Shown here in pieces: positions 60,239-64,000 of a DNA stretch of 64,000 nucleotides; position 1 is the stretch's first letter, and every line of letters begins with the position of its first letter. This DNA is from Candidatus Bathyarchaeia archaeon (GTDB taxonomy: Archaea; Thermoproteota; Bathyarchaeia; Bathyarchaeales; Bathycorpusculaceae), in contig JBEKSS010000002.1 of the NCBI GenBank assembly GCA_049516875.1, forward strand, positions 64,001 through 128,000. Direction: 5' to 3'. A model generated the notes under the pieces. The model was not told the DNA's origin and ran no database searches. It was given only the letters and a program-made list of their open reading frames with translations. Made by a program: the position numbers and the translations under genes.

Positions 60239-60781
60239 TCAGATTTGCACTATTTCAGGGGTTATTCTTTCTTTGGTCACTCTTAACAAAGCTACGGTGG
60301 GTTTGGCTAAGAATGGCGGCGCAGGAGCTGTTGGGCTTCCAGGATTTATGAACAAGATATTTCGTTCCCATTTTATGTTCGAACTGTGCGTGTGTCCATA
60401 AACGAGCACGTCGAAACAGTTTGTCTTAGCGATTTCACGCATTTTTCCAATGCCAAACAAGGTTCCTGGGTTATGAGTCACGCCGATTTTCCAATCGAAA
60501 ACTTTGAAGGAGTCCAGTTTCGGCAGTTTGCCTCGGATTTCAGGTCCGTCCATGTTTCCCTGGACAACCAAAACAGGGGCAAGCTGTTCCAGCTCCTCTA
60601 TGACGGACAACTGCACCAAGTCGCCTGCGTGCACGATGAAATCCACGTTGTCAAAAACCTTGAAAACTCTTTCAGGGATTTTCTTGGCGCGATTAGGAAC
60701 ATGCGTGTCAGAGATTAAGCCAACGGTTTTTGCTGAGCTTTCGTACAGCTTGGCGAATGCCTGTGTTTCTTGGCTGGTCAT
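60239..60781 (-). CDS. YfcE/Vps29-like metallophosphoesterase
   Basis: SDTH, HAGD, GNMD, GHTH, NPGS. Confidence 0.92.
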   Translation of the reverse strand: MTSQETQAFAKLYESSAKTVGLISDTHVPNRAKKIPERVFKVFDNVDFIVHAGDLVQLSVIEELEQLAPVLVVQGNMDGPEIRGKLPKLDSFKVFDWKIGVTHNPGTLFGIGKMREIAKTNCFDVLVYGHTHSSNIKWERNILFINPGSPTAPAPPFLAKPTVALLRVTKERITPEIVQI

Positions 60782-61007
60782 TTCGGAGCATCCTTTGTAA
60801 AAATCCTTAACGTCATCCTAGAATAAGAGTTTTGACTGAACAGTCATCGCAAGCATAGATTCAGGGGACATGAGACTTCTCTGATTGCTTTGGAACGCCT
60901 TTAAACGGCTTACCGTTCGAAACAGCCGTATTAACTGCACTTGCAAGTGAAGTTATAAATATCTCTTGGATGATTGTTCTATTGATCATTCTGATGGAGG
61001 TTTTGGT

Positions 61008-61292
61008 TTGCCCGCGGCTGAGGTTGGAAGAATCTGTGTGAAACTGTTAGGTCGTGAAGCTGGAAGAAAATGTGTTGTAGTCGATGTGGCGGACAAGAGT
61101 TTTGTGTTAATCACCGGTCCGAAGGAAGTGACAGGTGTGAGGAGGCGCAGGGCGAACATCAATCACATTGAACCTTTGCAAGACAGCATAGAAATTAAGC
61201 GCGGAGCATCTGACGAGGAAGTAACAGAGGCACTCAAATCTGCCGGCAAACTGGAAGCGATGGCTCAAGCGGTCAAACCAGCCCTGGACTAA
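61008..61292 (+). CDS. rpl14e: 50S ribosomal protein L14e
   Basis: [22 protein letters not shown]...[12 protein letters not shown]; TTG start after GGAGG. Confidence 0.93.
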   Translation: MPAAEVGRICVKLLGREAGRKCVVVDVADKSFVLITGPKEVTGVRRRRANINHIEPLQDSIEIKRGASDEEVTEALKSAGKLEAMAQAVKPALD

Positions 61293-61405
61293 GACTGCAA
61301 CGCAAGTAGCACAACCGTTGCAGAAATGGTTCATCTACCTTTCTGTTGCGTGTTTGACCGGGGCTCAGAGTCTCTCATTCATGAGTGTAGCCCTGTGCCA
61401 GGTAA

Positions 61406-61741
61406 TCAGAAAAGCTTAAGCTTCTGTCTTATGGAGTGTCTATATGATTCATTCTCCGGCATTCCTGCTGTCTTGTACCGCGCAAATCCTGTGTAAGCGA
61501 TCCTGGTTTCACTTTGTTCACAAGGGTGCAGCACGAACGTAACATTGCAACGCTCGTTCTCGCAAAAATACTTGCTTTCGCCTTCTCGTTCCTTCCGCAA
61601 GGGTTTTCCACATTCAGGACAGTTGACCACACCAAACCCTCTAACGAAAAACTCACGGAAGCGATTAAAGGCATTATTCCAAAACTGGAAATATGTTACG
61701 AAGGCGCGTGGAGACGCTTGTTTGTCGTATGTTTCCTTCAC
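61406..61741 (-). CDS. Small zinc-ribbon protein
   Basis: CPECG...YFCENERC; true start uncertain (about 61630). Confidence 0.5.
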   Translation of the reverse strand: MKETYDKQASPRAFVTYFQFWNNAFNRFREFFVRGFGVVNCPECGKPLRKEREGESKYFCENERCNVTFVLHPCEQSETRIAYTGFARYKTAGMPENESYRHSIRQKLKLF

Positions 61742-61950
61742 TTTGTCATGTTTCCTGCGTTATTGTATCTCTCTGTAATGCATAGACGCTGGAGAATTAG
61801 GTATACTCTGAAGCAGGTTTTCTTGGCACAAGCGAAAGATGGCATAATGCTGTTCAGAAAACCCAAAAGGTTCTGTGACATAAACGCAAGAATGAGTGTT
61901 TAAACTCTTATACTTGATACTTTCTACTCTATGGGAAGTGATGTGTTGTC

Positions 61951-62984
61951 ATGCCTAGAACTGCTGCTCCGTGGGAAACTGAACGCAGACTGTTGGTGAA
62001 GGCTGAAGACAAGACGGATCCAAGCTTTGGATGCAAACCTGAGGACAGATCGGCTGAGGATTACTTGAAGTACGGAGTAATCAATCTGGACAAACCTTCA
62101 GGACCGTCGAGTCACGAAGTAGCCGCTTGGGTCAAACGTATTCTCAAGCTTCAACAGGTTGGTCACGGCGGGACTCTAGAGGCTTAGGAAATAGCCAGAG
62201 AAATCCCAAAGTAACCGGCGTTCTGCCAGTCACGCTAGAGGAGGCTACCAGAGTCGTTCAGGCACTGCTTCACAGCGGGAAAGAATACGTGTGCGTGATG
62301 AAGCTTCACGGAGAAGTGGGATCCGAACAAGTCAAAAAGGTTCTTGGCGAATTTGAAGATATGATTTATCAGCGTCCGCCTCTGCGAGCGTCGGTCAAGC
62401 GCCAACTGCGGACGCGACGGATTTACTACTTGGATTTTCTTGAAATGGAAGGTCGGAACGTTCTTTTCAAGGTCGGATGTGAAGGGGGAACTTACATTCG
62501 GAAACTGTGTTTCGACGTTGGGGAGGTTCTGGGGTGCGGAGCGCACATGCAAGAACTGCGAAGAACGAGAGCTGGGCCTTTTGTTGAAGATAACAGCGTG
62601 ATCTTGCATGATGCAGCATACTGGTTCATGAAGTGGCAGGAGAAGAAAGACGAGAAATTGCTGAAACAATTCGTTCAGCCAATGGAAAATGCTCTTGCTC
62701 TCGTTCCGAAAATCTACATAAGAGACTCTGCAGTGGACGCTGTTTGCCACGGCGCCAGTCTCACGGCACCTGGCGTTCTATCCCTTGAAACAGGAATACG
62801 CAGCGACTTAATGATTGCCGTTTTATCCCTAAAAGGCGAGGCGGTTGCCTTGGCCAAAGCCATGGCCAATTCAGAAGAAACTCTTAACATGGAACACGGA
62901 GTCGTCGCCAAGACAATGCGAGTGCTCATGCCCCGGGGCACATACCCTAAGGGCTGGAAGAGCAGCGGCGAAAAGAATGGCTAA
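61951..62984 (+). CDS. cbf5: H/ACA pseudouridine synthase Cbf5, split by a 23-nt intron
   Basis: LDKPSGPSSHEV, GHGGTL-D-PKVTG after splicing, GGTYIRKLC, PUA domain. Confidence 0.95.
62180..62202 (+). other. Bulge-helix-bulge mRNA intron in the catalytic Asp codon
   Basis: GGGA/TCCC, CTCT/AGAG and GGCT/AGCC helices with AGA and AAA bulges; removal restores G|AT. Confidence 0.93.
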
Positions 62985-63594
62985 AGAAGCCAAAAACATG
63001 GAACACTACTTTGCCGCGCATCCAAAATCAAGGCCACGATACGGCCTGATCCGTGCTTACCTTCGAGGAAGGCCTTTCGAGTTTCTGACAGCCTCAGGGG
63101 TGTTTTCAAAACAGCGGGTCGATTTGGGCACTCGACTGCTGATTGAATCCATGCTGTTGCCTAAGAAAGGTTGCGCCTTGGATATGGGTTGCGGGTATGG
63201 CGTCGTTGGAATTGCAGTGGCAGCATTTAACCCCCGTCTGTACGTGATTTTGGTTGACGTGAACGCGCGTGCGGTTTGGCTTGCAAGACAGAATGTTGAG
63301 AAGAACCTCGTCAACAACGCAGAAGTCAGGCGCGGTTGCCTCTATGCACCCGTAGAGGACTTGATTTTCGATTGTGTGCTCTCAAATCCGCCGGTAAGCG
63401 CGGGTCTTGAAACCGTCAAAGCGATTATAGTTGAAGCGCCCAGACATATGACCTGCAGAGGCGTTTTCCAAATGGTTGTAAAATCCAAGGTTGGAGGCAA
63501 GAGGTTGCGCGCTATTTTCGAGGAAGCTTTCGGAAATGTTGAGGTTTTGGCGAGAGAAAGCGGCTATCGCGTGCTAATGTCTAGGAGACAATAG
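62977..63594 (+). CDS. RsmC/MJ0882-like class I methyltransferase
   Basis: MEHYF, GVFSK..VDLGT.LL, LDMGCGYG, SNPP. Confidence 0.88.
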   Translation: MAKEAKNMEHYFAAHPKSRPRYGLIRAYLRGRPFEFLTASGVFSKQRVDLGTRLLIESMLLPKKGCALDMGCGYGVVGIAVAAFNPRLYVILVDVNARAVWLARQNVEKNLVNNAEVRRGCLYAPVEDLIFDCVLSNPPVSAGLETVKAIIVEAPRHMTCRGVFQMVVKSKVGGKRLRAIFEEAFGNVEVLARESGYRVLMSRRQ

Positions 63595-63682
63595 TTCGAA
63601 GTGCTAACTCATCTAATGTACAGGCTGGTGCTGGAAAACCTATAATAAACTACTGTGCTTGAATATGAGTTGTTGCATTTGC

Positions 63683-63795
63683 GCCGGGGTATCCTAGCCA
63701 GGTAGGGAGCAAGCCTGGAGACGTTTCCAGATGAAGCGCCTAACAGCTTGTGGCCTCTCGGGGCCGCGTGGGTTCAAATCCCACCCCTGGCGCCA
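63683..63795 (+). tRNA. tRNA-Ser(GGA) with 24-nt intron at 37/38 (63721-63744)
   Basis: Acceptor GCCGGGG/CCCTGGC-G-CCA, anticodon stem CAAGC/GCTTG, long variable arm, GGTTCAAATCC. Confidence 0.9.
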
Positions 63796-63828
63796 TCGCA
63801 CTTGACCAGAGTGACTTGGGGAAGGTTC

Positions 63829-64000
63829 ATGTCGTTTCATGAAAAATCTTGCGGAGCCGTCGTCTTCAAACGAAATGGAGAAGTCGAATACCTTCTCTTA
63901 CACTACGAGGCGGGCCACTGGGACTACGTGAAAGGGCAGGTTGAACAGGATGAGAGCGAAAAGGACACGGTTACCCGGGAACTCAAAGAGGAAACAGGCA
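63829..64000 (+). CDS. Nudix hydrolase (Ap4A hydrolase-like), runs off window end
   Basis: EKSCGAVVF...GHWDYVKG...E.....RELKEETG Nudix box. Confidence 0.88.
   Translation, partial: MSFHEKSCGAVVFKRNGEVEYLLLHYEAGHWDYVKGQVEQDESEKDTVTRELKEETG

Noticed and set aside
61951-62984. cbf5 as a pseudogene or programmed frameshift
   Set aside because: A perfect BHB intron explains both the stop and the frame change.
63263-63512. CGCGCG/GCGCGC in the RsmC-like gene as junction scars
   Set aside because: Only 6 nt long and encode plausible native residues (VNARA, LRA); expected by chance.

Overview
Archaeal chromosome window. rpl14e, a cbf5 gene with a bulge-helix-bulge intron and an intron-containing tRNA support this; dockerin/NosD/DUF1616 surface proteins suggest Bathyarchaeia (inference). 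About 1-55 kb is a surface-glycan biosynthesis region: rmlABCD, many GT2/GT4 enzymes, epimerases, sugar C-methyltransferases, RfbF, a flippase and surface proteins. About 55-64 kb is housekeeping: HtrA, purA, rpl14e, cbf5, an RsmC-like MTase, tRNA-Ser and a Nudix hydrolase. The main unexplained signal has three parts. (1) A ~50-bp element with a TTGAG(TA/TG)CTCAA core lies in inverted orientation at both ends of the glycan island (2471-2518 and 55111-55160) and as a triple tandem at 58706-58913. (2) Strong G/T versus A/C strand skew follows the element's orientation rather than gene direction. (3) Inside the island, dozens of (GATC)n and (GC)n tracts sit at pseudogene-fragment borders, gene ends and a domain-fusion point. 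These look like cut, fill-in and re-join scars of a gene-shuffling process. All calls come from reading the sequence; no database searches were run.
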